Below, piece by piece: positions 50,036-63,964 of a stretch of 64,000 nucleotides of DNA (positions are counted from its first letter, which is position 1; every line of letters starts with the position of its first letter). Source of the stretch: Novakomyces olei (taxonomy: Eukaryota); NCBI GenBank assembly GCA_016906335.1, contig JADEYG010000003.1, positions 124,001 to 188,000 on the forward strand, written 5' to 3'. The notes below the pieces were generated by a model. It worked only from the letters and a program-made list of their open reading frames with translations, did not search any database and was not told the origin of the DNA. Both the position numbers and the translations under genes were made by a program.

Positions 50036-52447
50036 TCAACAACTATACATGCCAACAGCCCCATCAAGACGCCCAGCAGTCAGGAACCCGTCTTTACAGC
50101 GCAATGAAACTATTCCTCTCCCCTCGTCATTACTATTATTCTCATCATTATGATTCTGCATTTCTCCACAAATCCAATGATTGCCAGACACACGATCATA
50201 CATCCTTACTACAGGTTCAGCAGTAGCAGTAGCAATGCGCCGTGAATCAATATTCAAAGCACGTACGGGTGAATCGTAAGCAAAAGCATCAAACACTGAA
50301 CCCATACGTAAGTCCCAGATACGTACACTGCGATCAAGAGAACCAGTAACGAGATGCCTTTCGTCAAATTGTAGAGCAGTTACGGCTCCAGTATGGCCCA
50401 GTAATGTCCGATGTACTTGACCAGAGCGAAGATCCCAAAGCCGGACAAGACCATCGGCTGTTCCTGTGGCAAGGGCAGCATCAAAACTCTGTAAGGCTCC
50501 CACAAAACCACATTTTATTACCTGTTTCTCAGAAGCATTGAAGTACTGAGGCATACTGCGTTCACCCGGTGTAAGAGCCGTAAACTGCGCTGCTGCCCAC
50601 AGGATATCAAGCGTCTGAACAAGCCGACCAGTCTCTAAATCGTAGTGTCTTACTGTCTTGTCTTCTGAGCCAGTTACCAGCGTGTTTCCTTGGAAGTGCA
50701 GAGCAGTTACTTCGCCTAAATGATCAGCAAAGACGTGTCTCTCACAACCGGCCGAATAAGAAGGGGAAGAAGAATCCAATTTATCCTTTTCTATTGCAGA
50801 TTTATATTCAGAGCTTCCAGAATCATTCTCCTGATCTAAGCCAAAATTATAGGCGTCACAGTAACTCAAATCCCAGAAACGCACAGTAGCATCGTTTGAT
50901 CCTGATGCTACAAATTGGTCAGAGAGTTGTAAAGCTCGAACAGAGGCAGTATGGCCCTCCAGCTTTGTCAGGCATCGGTTGGAAGCAATATTCCATACTC
51001 GCATAGAAGCTTCATCACTAGCACCTGTGATCATTGTTCCATAGGGGTAATCAAAGTCAACAGCAACAACTTCATCTTCATGGCATCGCAGAGTCTTGAT
51101 CAACGAGCCTGGGCCGTAATGCTCTTGGATTACAGGCCGAGATTTTCGTCGAAGTGCCCTCAATTTTCGTGTCCGTGCTGTATTTAACGTGCCCTCTACC
51201 GTGTGGGATATGATCGATGATGATCCGGTTGCTGGGGATTCAGTCCCTTTGTCTGTCGCGGCGTCATTATTATCCTGCTTGGCTTCCGACTCAAGCTTGG
51301 CTATTTCCTCCAGTTCCCGTCGCTCTAAGATCGCAGTTTCCAAAGATGATACTGTTATTAGGCAATGCGTTTGTAACAAATAGAGCTGCATATAAAAACT
51401 TAAATTGTCTAATAAATTAACAAATGGGAGACAAGATACGACTGAAATCATAAAGGTAACAGCAAAACGTGAAATTTAAACAAGGCGTAATTAAACAAAA
51501 ATAAATAACCTCTTACTGTAATCATTAGTTTCGTTTTCTTGAATTTCTAATCGCTCTAGTCGGTTCATAAGATCGGAACGCATCTCGTTCAATAACTTGA
51601 TTTTCTCGTCAATTTCGCGAATTTCCGAGGACGTAAGGATCTGCAGTAATTAGGGCAGCACGAAAACAAGAACGCACCTTTCTGACAGTAATGCTTTCGA
51701 GTTCGTCATTAAGTGCGGCACGTTCACGCTCAAGACGGCGCAGTGTAGGCTTAGTTTCTGATTTTAGTATAAATTGAAGTATAAATTGAGGTTAAACGTC
51801 AAAATCTTTTCGTCAAGTATGCAATACAAATCATGCAATAGAAATCAATCTTTGTACGAATTTATCAAAGGCAAACAATGAAAACCAAAAATAAAAACCA
51901 AAATCAAAACCAAAAAATAAAGAATAAAATAAAACAAAATTAAATTAAAAAAACAAAAAAAAACAAAAGACGACAAACCTGCAGTATTGGCCAAGTGTTT
52001 TTGCCGATGCCGTCCACCAGAAATACGCTTGGGATCTATTTCCTGCAGGCTGGCAGCAAATCCGTCAATTAGGGAATAAGTATTCGTATTCGTCTTGGGA
52101 ACCTGCTCGAGCAGCTCGTCTGGTAGAAAAGTTAAAGCTCGAAATTGCAGATCGCTCGGGTTCAAGGTGCTTCGCAACAGTTCTCCAGGAGACGCGGCGG
52201 ATAACATGCGACGCTGTAGACTCGGTCTTTTCAAGTAAGGTTTCATTGACCGGAGAGCCGTCTGCTGAGGTTCCGACCATACGGAAGCAATACTGGTCAT
52301 TGAGGATCCAAGTGTGCGGTAAAAGCCTTGTTGCCGGCCAGAATTGTCCGGTAACGAGCCGTTGCTGGACTGGGCGAGAGGTTGTGCATCAGTGACGGGT
52401 TTGCCATGAAGGCTATCTTCACCAATTGCGGAGCCTCCGCCCGCCAT
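50036..52447 (-). CDS. MDV1: Mitochondrial fission adaptor Mdv1/Caf4 (N-terminal extension, coiled coil, WD40), 4 exons
   Basis: LQFRALTFLPDELL..YSLIDGFAAS, coiled coil SEIREIDEKI, DFDYPYGT, LVQTLDILW and LATGTADGLVRLWDLRSG. Confidence 0.9.
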
Positions 52448-52790
52448 TCCAGACTCGGCAATTTTGATAGTCTGTTTGTGGGTTTTAAAACTTAAATATA
52501 TTATATTAAAATAATAATAGTACGGACTGGCAATTGGCGATAAGCTGATCAACAGTCAATTTACATTATTATGTACAACGATAAGCTAAACAGGCTCTGG
52601 CTTTTCAGATTAAAATGATTGTTTAATTGCATTTGCACCGAGTCCCTGTGTTTGTGCTCGGCTTGCTTTGTTCTCATCACTTTGACTCTAATTTAATGCA
52701 ATTGGCTACCGTTGGAGAATTGATCATTTTGATATTAACGTTTAACGTATATTAACGGGGGAAATACCTGTTTGAATTAATTAATTAATC

Positions 52791-52810
52791 AGGGTTAGGG
52801 TTAGGGTTAA
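52791..52810. promoter_or_regulatory. AGGG(TTAGGG)2TTAA telobox in the divergent MDV1/VRP1 promoter
   Basis: Read directly, about 200 bp upstream of the VRP1 ATG. Confidence 0.55.
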
Positions 52811-53008
52811 TATCTCAGAAGGTGTACAGCGGACATTGGGTAATAAACACATATATACAGTTACTAGGAGGTGACTAATTAGCAAATTATAGATACAGTG
52901 CCATATATTATAGATCTCGTATACATTAACGAGGTCACAAACACTAACAGAGCTTGTACACGATCCATCAGTATACATGACGGATCCTTTGGTGACGCTG
53001 TGAACATT

Positions 53009-54654
<1,646 letters not shown>

Positions 54655-55483
54655 AATTTGGATGTGAAAGGATTTAGATGAAACTTGTTTCAACAGTGTT
54701 GGCACACTTGTTCTGAAGGGTTGGTCGTCTTTTACTTGAGACTATTGAGTGAGTGGATCTCGAGACAAATTGGTTTTCTTCGATTATGGAAAATCGAATG
54801 CGTTTCCATCAAGTCGGCGCTCGACAATTAGATCGCAGAATTTGTTTGGCTTTAACGGAAGCAATATCTTTTCAATACCGAATTTGGAATGAAATTGAAC
54901 AAAGGCTTGAGGCCTGGCTTTCTTTCAAAGCTTGAGGCTTGAGAATATCGTTTCCAAAAATAATCGGTTATCAGGCGTATTTGGTAATTGCAATTTCGAG
55001 TTGGTTGTATAGTAGCAGCGAGAGAATCTTGTCGGAATACTGTCTAATGAACTTATACAGCATTGGATTGATGCATTCTGACGAGAAAATGAGTGGAGAG
55101 AAAAGGGTATGAATAGTAAAATTTACCATCAATAACGCTATTATCTTATTTATTTGTATTGGCCATATATCTGGTCGGCCGCCGGTTTATATAGACGCTC
55201 GATTGTACCCTGATTGTCTCCGTATACACAGATCGTTTCGGTACAAATTGGTACGGTTGTAATGAATATTATTTAGACATTTTTACTTTAGATACTTTCC
55301 TAGCCGCTTTTACCCACAACCCTAAGCTTATTTACGTAGTCTATTAATTTGAAAAACTATCGCTCTTGTGTATCTCTGACTCATGGCTCATGCCTGCACT
55401 TTTCTTTAGAGTAGAGGAAAATAAAAGAAAAAGAAAAAAAAAAAATCGGAAAATACGCAGAGAAATAAAAGAACAGAAGGAAT

Positions 55484-56321
55484 CTACTCCGTCTTCGACT
55501 TGGGATGGCTGTGATGGCTTTGCTCTTCAGGCGGTAATATCTTATCCCAGACTTTATCAATGCCTGCTTCAACCGATTCATCGAAAAGAATAGGTAATGC
55601 GGGTACAACCATTAGACCCATGGAGGTAGGACCCCACGTCCGCAAAAATTTGGGCGCCTTGATCTGTTGCATCAACTTGTTTGTCAAGCTAACAGTAGTG
55701 TGAATAGCTGCAAGTTAGGTTGGGCAATAGAAAAAAACAACAAAAAATAAGAAATAATAAATAAATAGTAAACAATTTGGCAGAGTCAAGTTAGATTGAA
55801 TGGAACGCAGTCATTTCGAATCAACAGTATCAAAAGGCAAACAGGAACATGCGTAAACAACATAATCTAACAACAAACGGCAACAGCCAGAAGCATACTC
55901 AGTGAAGGGAGGGCCATAGACGCAATCAATTGAAACACTGTTCGTTTCGCCATAAGATTTGCAGTAAGAAGGTTATCCCTCTGCCGAACCCACTTTGCCT
56001 TGTAGCCCTCATACAGCACATCCAGCCCGACATAGCCAAAAGAAATAGCGTAGGCGGAAGTTACGAGGTACGGGTGTGCCACTGGCCGAAAAGCTTCGCC
56101 CACATCTTGACCGGTCAGTCCAGATCTCGTGTTGCATATGACATTTACTACGTACCAGAGGTATAAGCCAGATACCTCGATGAGGCGACCAGCAGCGACC
56201 GGAGACGGCCCGCGTAACCCAAATATCGAGCCGCGCCATCGAGCGTATCGACCTGCCCTTCTTTTATTTCGCCCACAATATTTGATTGGCGGTCGCGCGA
56301 ATCCCGGTCCGCGGTAGCCAT
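55484..56321 (-). CDS. MTFP1: Mitochondrial 18 kDa fission process protein MTP18/MTFP1, 3 exons
   Basis: RYLGYAGRLR..RYLAYTS|DVGEAFRPV, FQLIASMALPSL|TIH and WGPTSMGLMVVPALP. Confidence 0.9.
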
Positions 56322-56665
56322 TCTGAGGCCAATGGCTAAAGTGGATAAATATTAAATATTAAAAATACTATGCAAGCACGAGATTAAATGCGAATAATTG
56401 TATTTTGTGTGTGTATAAAAATATAATTATTTGTTCGTGTTAGAAATCATAAAGAAAAAATACAGATATTGACAGGTGTACATAAAAAAAAGACGACTCA
56501 ATGAATGCCCATACATTTTGTACGGGCCAATTAAAATATTGTAGATAATTTATAATTAAAAGATTAATTATATTTTATATGTAATAATTTATATTCTATT
56601 ATTTATATTATATTTATAATTATAGGTTAAATTATACCAGTTTATTATAATTTAGCAACAGAGCA

Positions 56666-58143
56666 ATGGCGGCGGGCGAGATCAGCACGGCATGTGTGCA
56701 ATTTATCGGCCGACTAAAACGTCGGCAAGTCTACGGCTCGTTCGTTGTGGCAATGGAGACAGCGTTGACGCTACGCGTGTGTGTATCTCAGATGCGATGG
56801 AACAGCACTGAGCAATTAATTGCACAAATTAAAGACGCTGGAGTGCGAATGGCTCGAGCGCAACCGAATGGTACGGCAGGACAGGGAAGCAAAATGCGGA
56901 AAAGCACTTTTTCTTTTCAATATTAAACTTTATTCGAATATTTATTTACTATTTGTTTTTGTCGGATTTTTCGCGTCTATGTTTGCGTCTGCTTTCTGCC
57001 TTTGTAGCGCTAATCATTCAGAATTTGCGGTGGGAAATATAGTGCGCAGAGTTTTACGAATGGTGCGCGAAGAGTTTTTGCAAGATGACGACGACGAAGG
57101 AGAGGATTCGGACAAGCCTCGGGCGGTAGAAATCCATGATCATGGCTTGAGTCGGGCATCCAGCATTTTCAGTTCAATGCTGAACTTGCTCGGCCGACCA
57201 GACGAATCTGAGGATCTGCCAAGTGCTGATAGAGGCGCTACTAATGTAGGCCTTGACCAAAAACCGGCCATTATTGCTGGTATTCAGGATATAATGGACG
57301 AGGTAGAAAAGATATATTCGGATATTTCGGTCCAGGCGACAGATCATATTCACGCAGACGAGATCGTTATGACTATTGGACCCAGCCGGACAGTTGAAGG
57401 GTTTTTACGGTACGCTGCAAAGAAAAGGCATTTTACTGTACTTTTAATTCAGCCTTTTGCGGCCCAGGAGACTCCAGCAGAGCACCGCAGTATGGTTTCA
57501 ATGGCGCACAGGTTAAAAAAGGATGGATTAAGTGTTGTTATACTCCCGGAATCAGCGACTTTTTCCGTCATGTCGCGGGTGCACAAGGTTATCGTTGGCG
57601 CTCATGCTGTTTTAGCCAACGGTGGCGCTGTGTGCCGTGCTGGAACAAAGAGTGTTTGCCAGGCGGCCAATTACCATTCGACTCCGGTTATTGTGACTAC
57701 AGGACTATACAAGTTGTCTCCTATTTATCCATTCGAATCGGAAAACTTGTCTGAATTGGCTTCGCCAGAGCACCATTTCGCATTCCAAGAGGGTGAGTTT
57801 GATGGGGCACTGTGAATTTTTGTTTATACACGTGCGAACTGTATCGCAGGTCCACGTCCAGAATTGAAATAAGCTAACATTCTAGGCGAAGTTTTAAATA
57901 AAATCGGATTTGTGAGTCCCACATTCGACTTTATTGCACCAGATCTAATTGATCTCTACATATCAAATCAGTATGATCTTGCCATCTTTTCAATTCGATT
58001 CTTTGCTGTTTCAATTCTATTCCTATTCCTATTTTTATTTAAATGTTAAAATGTGTATTAACAAATCTAGGGGCGGCCACCTGCCTTCTTACATGTATCG
58101 CCTAGTGGCTGAAAATTATGACGAACAAGATTTTGAATTATGA
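56666..58143 (+). CDS. GCD7: Translation initiation factor eIF2B beta subunit, 4 exons
   Basis: RLKRRQVYGS, AQPN|EFAVGNIVRRVL, DHIHADEIVMT, MSRVHKVIVG and GLYKLSPIYPF. Introns 56871-57021, 57793-57885 and 57971-58070. Confidence 0.95.
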
Positions 58144-58827
58144 GAATGGTATGTAGCGTTCGGGCACACAGTTTTGTTGTAAGCATTGATACCATGATGA
58201 GAATGGATTTCTGGTAAGCAGCAAAGCAGCCGCAAAGAGCAAAAAGTGTTGTAAACGAAGGAGCGATCAAGCTCTTTTCGGAATCTTTTGCTGGCAGCTA
58301 CTGGTGAGCTAAAGGCAAGTCTGATTATTAATGCCACGCGAAACTAGTGTCCGTTTCCGACTGGAATTCTCTTTTCCGTATTTCCTCTACTTTTTCTATC
58401 GTTGTTCTTTTTCTCGTTTGAAACGGACTACTAACCTTTTCAAGGTCCTACTGTCAGCAAATGTATACATGCTTCCGTGTATTCATCTTGCTATAATAGT
58501 TTATACAGATTTAGAATGTGGTGGGATTGATTGGCTTTGCCAATGCTATATAATACCGCAAAGGGGATTTGAGACCATAAACATTTAGATTTCGAGAGCT
58601 GGAAATCCGCGAGTGTGGATAGCAGGTCGGCTGAATGTAGACAAAAAGCTTAATTGACATTAAATAAATCATATAATTCTCGATCATGTATTGCCATTAC
58701 TACTGGGAACGTTTGCAATTGCTAGAGCGTGTAGCCTTGATCCATACAATATTATTCACTAGTATTATTTTTATTTTTGTGTAGTCTATAGTACTATTAT
58801 AACACTATTCTAACACGATTCTAGTAC

Positions 58828-58895
58828 AATTTCAGTTAATTCAGTATTAATTCAGTATTAATTCAGTATTAATTCAGTATTATTCTAGTATTATT
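58828..58895. repeat. 11-bp repeat (AATTCAGTATT) x~5, degenerate
   Basis: Read directly, upstream of the Rua1-domain gene. Confidence 0.85.
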
Positions 58896-59037
58896 CTCTA
58901 TAGTATTTTATACTGCAGTTAATACGCATTTCTCTTAATGTTACTTGTACAGTCGAGGAGCCTTATACGCCGTCTGTCAAAAGTAGCCGTAAACTAACAA
59001 CGTTCGTTGTTGCGTGTATGCACGTGTCGCCGCCTGT

Positions 59038-60924
59038 ATGAGTAAGTTTCGTGAGTTTTACACGCCGTACGGACGCGCGAGTACGAGTGCAATTTTGCGT
59101 GGAAACGAACGTCGGCTTTACCACAGTTTTATCCAGCACGATGCCGATTCCGAGGAGGAAGAGGAACAAAGCATTGAAGAAAGCGCAAAGGATGGATTTG
59201 ACGGAGACGGTAGTGCGTGCTACGAATACGGAGAAGGTGGACACCCACAGTCTGAGTATAGTTGCAATTTTGTTGCGCATACTCTAGCTCAGGAACTGGA
59301 ACACCGTAACATTTCCGTTTACTCAGAGTCCTTTGATTGCCATAGCTGCAGTGCAAATGTATATTGACATCACGGATTCTGCACTAATTAGCCTTTTTTA
59401 TTTGGTTTTTAAATTGATAAATTAGTTAATTTTATTTTATTTTGTTTTGTTTTATTTAATTTAATTTAATTTAATTTAATTTAATTTAATTTAATTTAAA
59501 TTTATTTAATCTCAACTGACGTTTTCTATTCGTCTTCAGGAAAAAACCGGCAGCCACCAACAACTGGACTGTGCGCCTCGACACTACGAGTCAGATCGCA
59601 CTCTTTCAACATGCTCGTTGAGCGGCGTTTCAAGTGCGAGCGGGTACCTGCCACATCCGCTGCCGGTTGAATATATGGGATCTAGTGGTAATGGCCCAGC
59701 AATTCCGAGACTGATCGTACTAGAAAAAGAAAATGCAGTGGAAAAAGCCATAATTTCGAGAAGCCTGCGCCCTAGCCAGGCTCGAATGTTTGCTAATACA
59801 GACCCACTAGACTTTTCAGCAAGTGTATACACCAAATAACTCTTGGAAATACTTTACCCTCTATAAAGATTTACTAATATGAATTTTTGCAGCTGTCAAT
59901 AAGGCCAGAGATGGTTGAGCTTTGTTCTGCTCGAGATGCTGAGTATACGAGTGCCAATATGGACACAGAAATTAATATGGGGCTAAGCTCTGAACTCTCA
60001 ATGGCTCCTAAAGGCTCTAGTTCTAGTCTTAAGTCGTCTAAAAGCCGGGGCAGAAAGAGGAAAACTGACTCGCAGAAAAAGAAACGAGGCTTCAAGCACC
60101 CTCCAGCTAAAAGCGATACTTGCCTCAATCAGAAAGTCTCTAAAACTAAGACTAGCTTCGAGAATACGTCTTTGCCGCAGAATCTACATGCTAACGGCTA
60201 TGAAATTTGCCAGGACTTAAAGGGATTCTATGCTCCACAAAAACGCGTACACCATGTAATTCTGGACCGGGACGTTGTTCATCACTCTGGAATTGGTGAG
60301 AACGACCTCTACGCTCCTGAATACTCAAAAGGACTCGGTGCTGAAAGGCTTGCTTTATGCCCTCTTTGTGAAGATGAAGTCTGGCTAAGGACAAAAGTCT
60401 CTGCATACTGGTAAAATTAGCTAATCATGGACTTTTGCTATTTTGCTGTGCTTGGATTGCTTTTTACCCTTTTTCTGGAGCATGCTCTTTTAAATGCGAT
60501 TGTTACACTATACTGATAATTCTCATGTTTTGATTTGTACTTCTCCTCTTCATTATCATCGCTTTGAATCTGCCAGTTTTGTTTCTTTTCAATTTTATTT
60601 GTTTATTTGTTTACTTTAATTTGTTTGTTTACATTAATTTCCACTTTACTGCTTGCTTCTTTATATACTAAGCTTGAAAGGTATCACCTGCATTTCTTTC
60701 ATGGTGTTTGTTCTCAAGGCTACCCTATGGATATTCCAGTCCGGTTCCGCAGATTCTTGTCTGATCGAGATCGAACGCTGGTATCGGCCTCGGAACAGGC
60801 CCGACTGGTACAAGGCCAGTGTGGCAATTGCTTCAAGTGGATCGATATTATCCGCGACTCTCCGCTTAAAGTGCCGGAACTGCTTTGGTGGAGACACATT
60901 AGATCTTGCTCTAAGGGAAAATGA
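59038..60924 (+). CDS. Protein with Rua1 C-terminal (DUF4451) Cys/His domain, putative transcription regulator, 4 exons; start uncertain
   Basis: DLYAPEYSKG..ALCPLC..WLRTKVSAYW|YHLHFFHGV..GQCGNCFKW..WWRHIRSC. Introns 59359-59539, about 59825-59892 and 60411-60680 keep the frame. Confidence 0.78.
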
Positions 60925-61679
60925 TTATTTCAAACGTGGATACTGGCTGTTTGTTTAAAGATATGTTTTTTTTATTTGTCTCATTGCTTACTTTTAAAGT
61001 ATTGTTTGCTTGCTTTCTCTTCTACAAACATCTTTTCCCCAAAATGTGCCAGTCTTTTATAGTAATATTCGGGAAAAATAATATGGATAGGATTAATCAG
61101 TATTATTATTTGCATCTTTATTAACAAGATTATACGAGTAAAAATATAAACCTCAAACTATTTATTCATATGAAAAATGTCAATGGTATTCACAAACGTT
61201 CACCGTATTTCAGCCTAAAAATAACAGACTGAAATAATGCATAAAAAGCTCACCTTGAGCACGGAATGGTAAATAATATTAGCCGCATAAAAATGCAAAA
61301 TATTATAAGTATAAATCAAAATTTTAAAACAAACAGTTTAATAAACAATCAATAACCAATGGAATTAATAATTAAAAAAAGAAACAAACAAAATTAATTA
61401 GGCTCAACCTCCCGAGCCAGATCATTGCAATATGACGAAAATACTTGATATATGTATAATTAAACAACCTTGTTGAAGGCATTCAATTATAAACAAAAAA
61501 AAAAAAAAAAAAAAGAAGAGCAGAAAGAAATCCAAGTAGAGGAGCCATATTAATTAGCCTTTTTCAATTCCTTTTGTTTGGAAAGATAATGCTATACACA
61601 CTCTCCCTCTCTCTCCCGTGTCCCACCTTCCTTCCCATTAATACCCACCTGATAGGCTAGAGACTCCTTGCCTTGTGGA

Positions 61680-63869
61680 TTATAAAGGCTTGCTGGCCTC
61701 AGGCTTTACCACCTTTTTGTTACTGCTTCCAGACCGTGCAACACCAGACAATATCTTCTCCTTATCACTGGCAGTCAAATTTATAAACATGCCCAGGGAC
61801 CCTGTCTTTTGCGGCCGCATCGGCGTGTACGCACTCTGTGCCCGGTTCCCCGTGTGAATAGGCGTCATTGCTATCCCACGCCGATGGTGGGCTGCCGTCG
61901 AAATAGGGTTAGGGTTAGGGTTAGGGTTAGAAGAAGAAGCAAGGGAGCCGGTGGCGGAGACGGATCTGCGCGACTGTGCTGCGCCAGATTTGCTGTGCTG
62001 CGCCGAAGCTTGCCTCTTTAAATTTGCGCGTTGGGTTTCGTGGTACGCCAAATTTGCCGCTAGTTTTGCGGTTCTTTCAGGGCTGCTAAAGAACCGGGGA
62101 CCACTGTACCGGGCGGCACTAGACCTCGAAGGGAGAGTGGCCGATCCAGCCAGAGTCGATGCAGACGGGTGCTGCTGCCGTCCACCCAGCGCCTTTGGCC
62201 TCTGTGGAGATCCGTAAATGTAAGCGTTTCCAGCCGTGGAAGACGGCACCGTTGGGGAGGGAGTCGACGTTGGTTGGAACGAGGCAGTTGGAGAAGTCGT
62301 TGGTGAAGCAAATTGGGCAGAAGAAGCCAAAAACTCTGAAGAGCTTCCAGAAACGAGTTCTGGTGAGGAGCCTTCCTGCCAGATCTGACATGCAGGAAGA
62401 GCGGCAGAGCCAGGTGGACTGAAATGGCTCAAGCTGTAATCATCGGCACTGTGACCAGCGTTATTGTCGTTGTAAGAGAGCAAAGAAGAGGGCTGTGTTG
62501 CCGCTCTTACGGGGCCCTGAGGGATATCGAGGTACCGGATCCTTCGCTGCTTCAGTCCTTGCTGCTGATCGCCGAGGAAAAGGTCAGAGTCCGAGTGGAC
62601 AGCGGAGTAGAGCGCCCACAGATCCAGTTCGTCCTCCTCCGACTCGTACACGGGCAAGTCAGGGTTTTCCACTGAGGGATAGGATGCCCTTTTTCTCTTT
62701 GGACTCGATCGGCCCGATCGGTGCTCGTTTGCCGGTGGACTGGTTGGAGAGGAGAGTTGTTTGTTGTTGTTGTTATTGCTGTTATTGCTGTTATTGCCGT
62801 TATTATTGCTGTTGCTGTTGCTGTTATTATTATTATTATTGCTCCGCTGAGACTTTATCATAGACTGCCATTCGTCAAAGCTTCCGGAAAACTCAAACAG
62901 CCCGTTATCACCCGGACCAAGGCCCGGACTGTTCCGGGCCTCGTACCCCGGAAAGCTTGAGGCTGCCGCCATTTCAGAGTCGGCAGTAGCGGCCACTGAA
63001 GGAGAAAAAGCGTCAGACTCGGCGGGAGACTCGCTGGTTTCCCCACGGCCAAGAATCTCTGTCGCATCGCTGTCGTCACTGTTGAAATCGAGACGTTCAT
63101 ACACGACGTGAGGCACGTCTGTGCCTTGCATGCTCAGGGCATCAAACGGGACAGTGCCGTTTACTTGTGCCTCTGGAAAAGTGCTCTCTGAGTAATTGCC
63201 CTCTGAGTAATTGCCCTCTGAATAATTGCCTCCAAAGTAATTGCCCTCAGGAGGGACCGTATACGCATCCGCCTCGGGTGAGAGGAGATGCACATGCTGC
63301 AGGTAAAACAAGTCTTGGTCCGGACTGTACGGCGGAATCGCAGTATTGGCAGAGGGCAGACTTATACCCGCAGCAGTCGCTAATTTACGGTCAGTAGAAG
63401 GCTGCCTCCTCAACCTGTCTGGCTTCTTTTGCTGCTGCTTTTGCTGTTTTTTTTGCTGCTGCTGCTGCTGCTGCCGTCGAGAGTTGCCGGGTTTTCTACT
63501 CTGCTCAGGTTTCCCTGACTGACCAGGCGAAGCAGTGCCTTTGCCATGGACCAGTTTTTTTTGCTGCTGCTGCTGCTGCCGACGGCGGTAGCTCGAAGGC
63601 CGAGCTGCCTGCTCTGGCGCACTGCCAAAATCGGCTCTTGTACTGCCAAAATCGGCTCTTGCACTGCCAAAATCGGCTCTTGTACTACTGCCTTGCTCTT
63701 CGGCTCCCTGTGACAATCCCGACCGGTCTTGCACAGCGGTATCAGGAAACGCAGCCAGCTCAAGGCTCGGCGGCGATACTTGTGAGAGAAGGTAGTCGAA
63801 ATCAGTGCCGCTGCCAGACAACAAGTCTGTAGAGTCCCACTCGAGATTGGCCATATCGTCGTCCATCAT
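61680..63869 (-). CDS. Low-complexity regulator with a C-terminal WetA-type motif
   Basis: Intronless, ATG at 63869. Poly-Q, poly-N and S/P-rich body. The C-terminal MFINLTASDKEKILSGVARSGSSNKK resembles the WetA signature FVNFT..D..KILTGVAPSGSSK. Confidence 0.75.
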   Translation of the reverse strand: MMDDDMANLEWDSTDLLSGSGTDFDYLLSQVSPPSLELAAFPDTAVQDRSGLSQGAEEQGSSTRADFGSARADFGSTRADFGSAPEQAARPSSYRRRQQQQQQKKLVHGKGTASPGQSGKPEQSRKPGNSRRQQQQQQQKKQQKQQQKKPDRLRRQPSTDRKLATAAGISLPSANTAIPPYSPDQDLFYLQHVHLLSPEADAYTVPPEGNYFGGNYSEGNYSEGNYSESTFPEAQVNGTVPFDALSMQGTDVPHVVYERLDFNSDDSDATEILGRGETSESPAESDAFSPSVAATADSEMAAASSFPGYEARNSPGLGPGDNGLFEFSGSFDEWQSMIKSQRSNNNNNNSNSNSNNNGNNSNNSNNNNNKQLSSPTSPPANEHRSGRSSPKRKRASYPSVENPDLPVYESEEDELDLWALYSAVHSDSDLFLGDQQQGLKQRRIRYLDIPQGPVRAATQPSSLLSYNDNNAGHSADDYSLSHFSPPGSAALPACQIWQEGSSPELVSGSSSEFLASSAQFASPTTSPTASFQPTSTPSPTVPSSTAGNAYIYGSPQRPKALGGRQQHPSASTLAGSATLPSRSSAARYSGPRFFSSPERTAKLAANLAYHETQRANLKRQASAQHSKSGAAQSRRSVSATGSLASSSNPNPNPNPISTAAHHRRGIAMTPIHTGNRAQSAYTPMRPQKTGSLGMFINLTASDKEKILSGVARSGSSNKKVVKPEASKPL

Positions 63870-63889
63870 TGTACACAAAGGAATACTGT

Positions 63890-63964
63890 GCCTGTTGAAC
63901 GTGTTAATTACGCTGTTGAACGTGTTAATTACGCCTGTTGAACGTGTAAATTACGCCTGTTGAA
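63890..63964. repeat. 22-bp tandem repeat (GCCTGTTGAACGTGTTAATTAC) x3.4
   Basis: Read directly, 20-95 bp upstream of the WetA-like ATG. Confidence 0.92.

Noticed and set aside
58067..58700. Short minus-strand ORFs downstream of eIF2B-beta
   Set aside because: They overlap the last GCD7 exon, lack ATG starts, and show no recognisable homology.
61904..61930. TTAGGG run as a chromosome end or telomere-fusion scar
   Set aside because: Only about 4.5 units, in frame inside an intact ORF, with no subtelomeric features.
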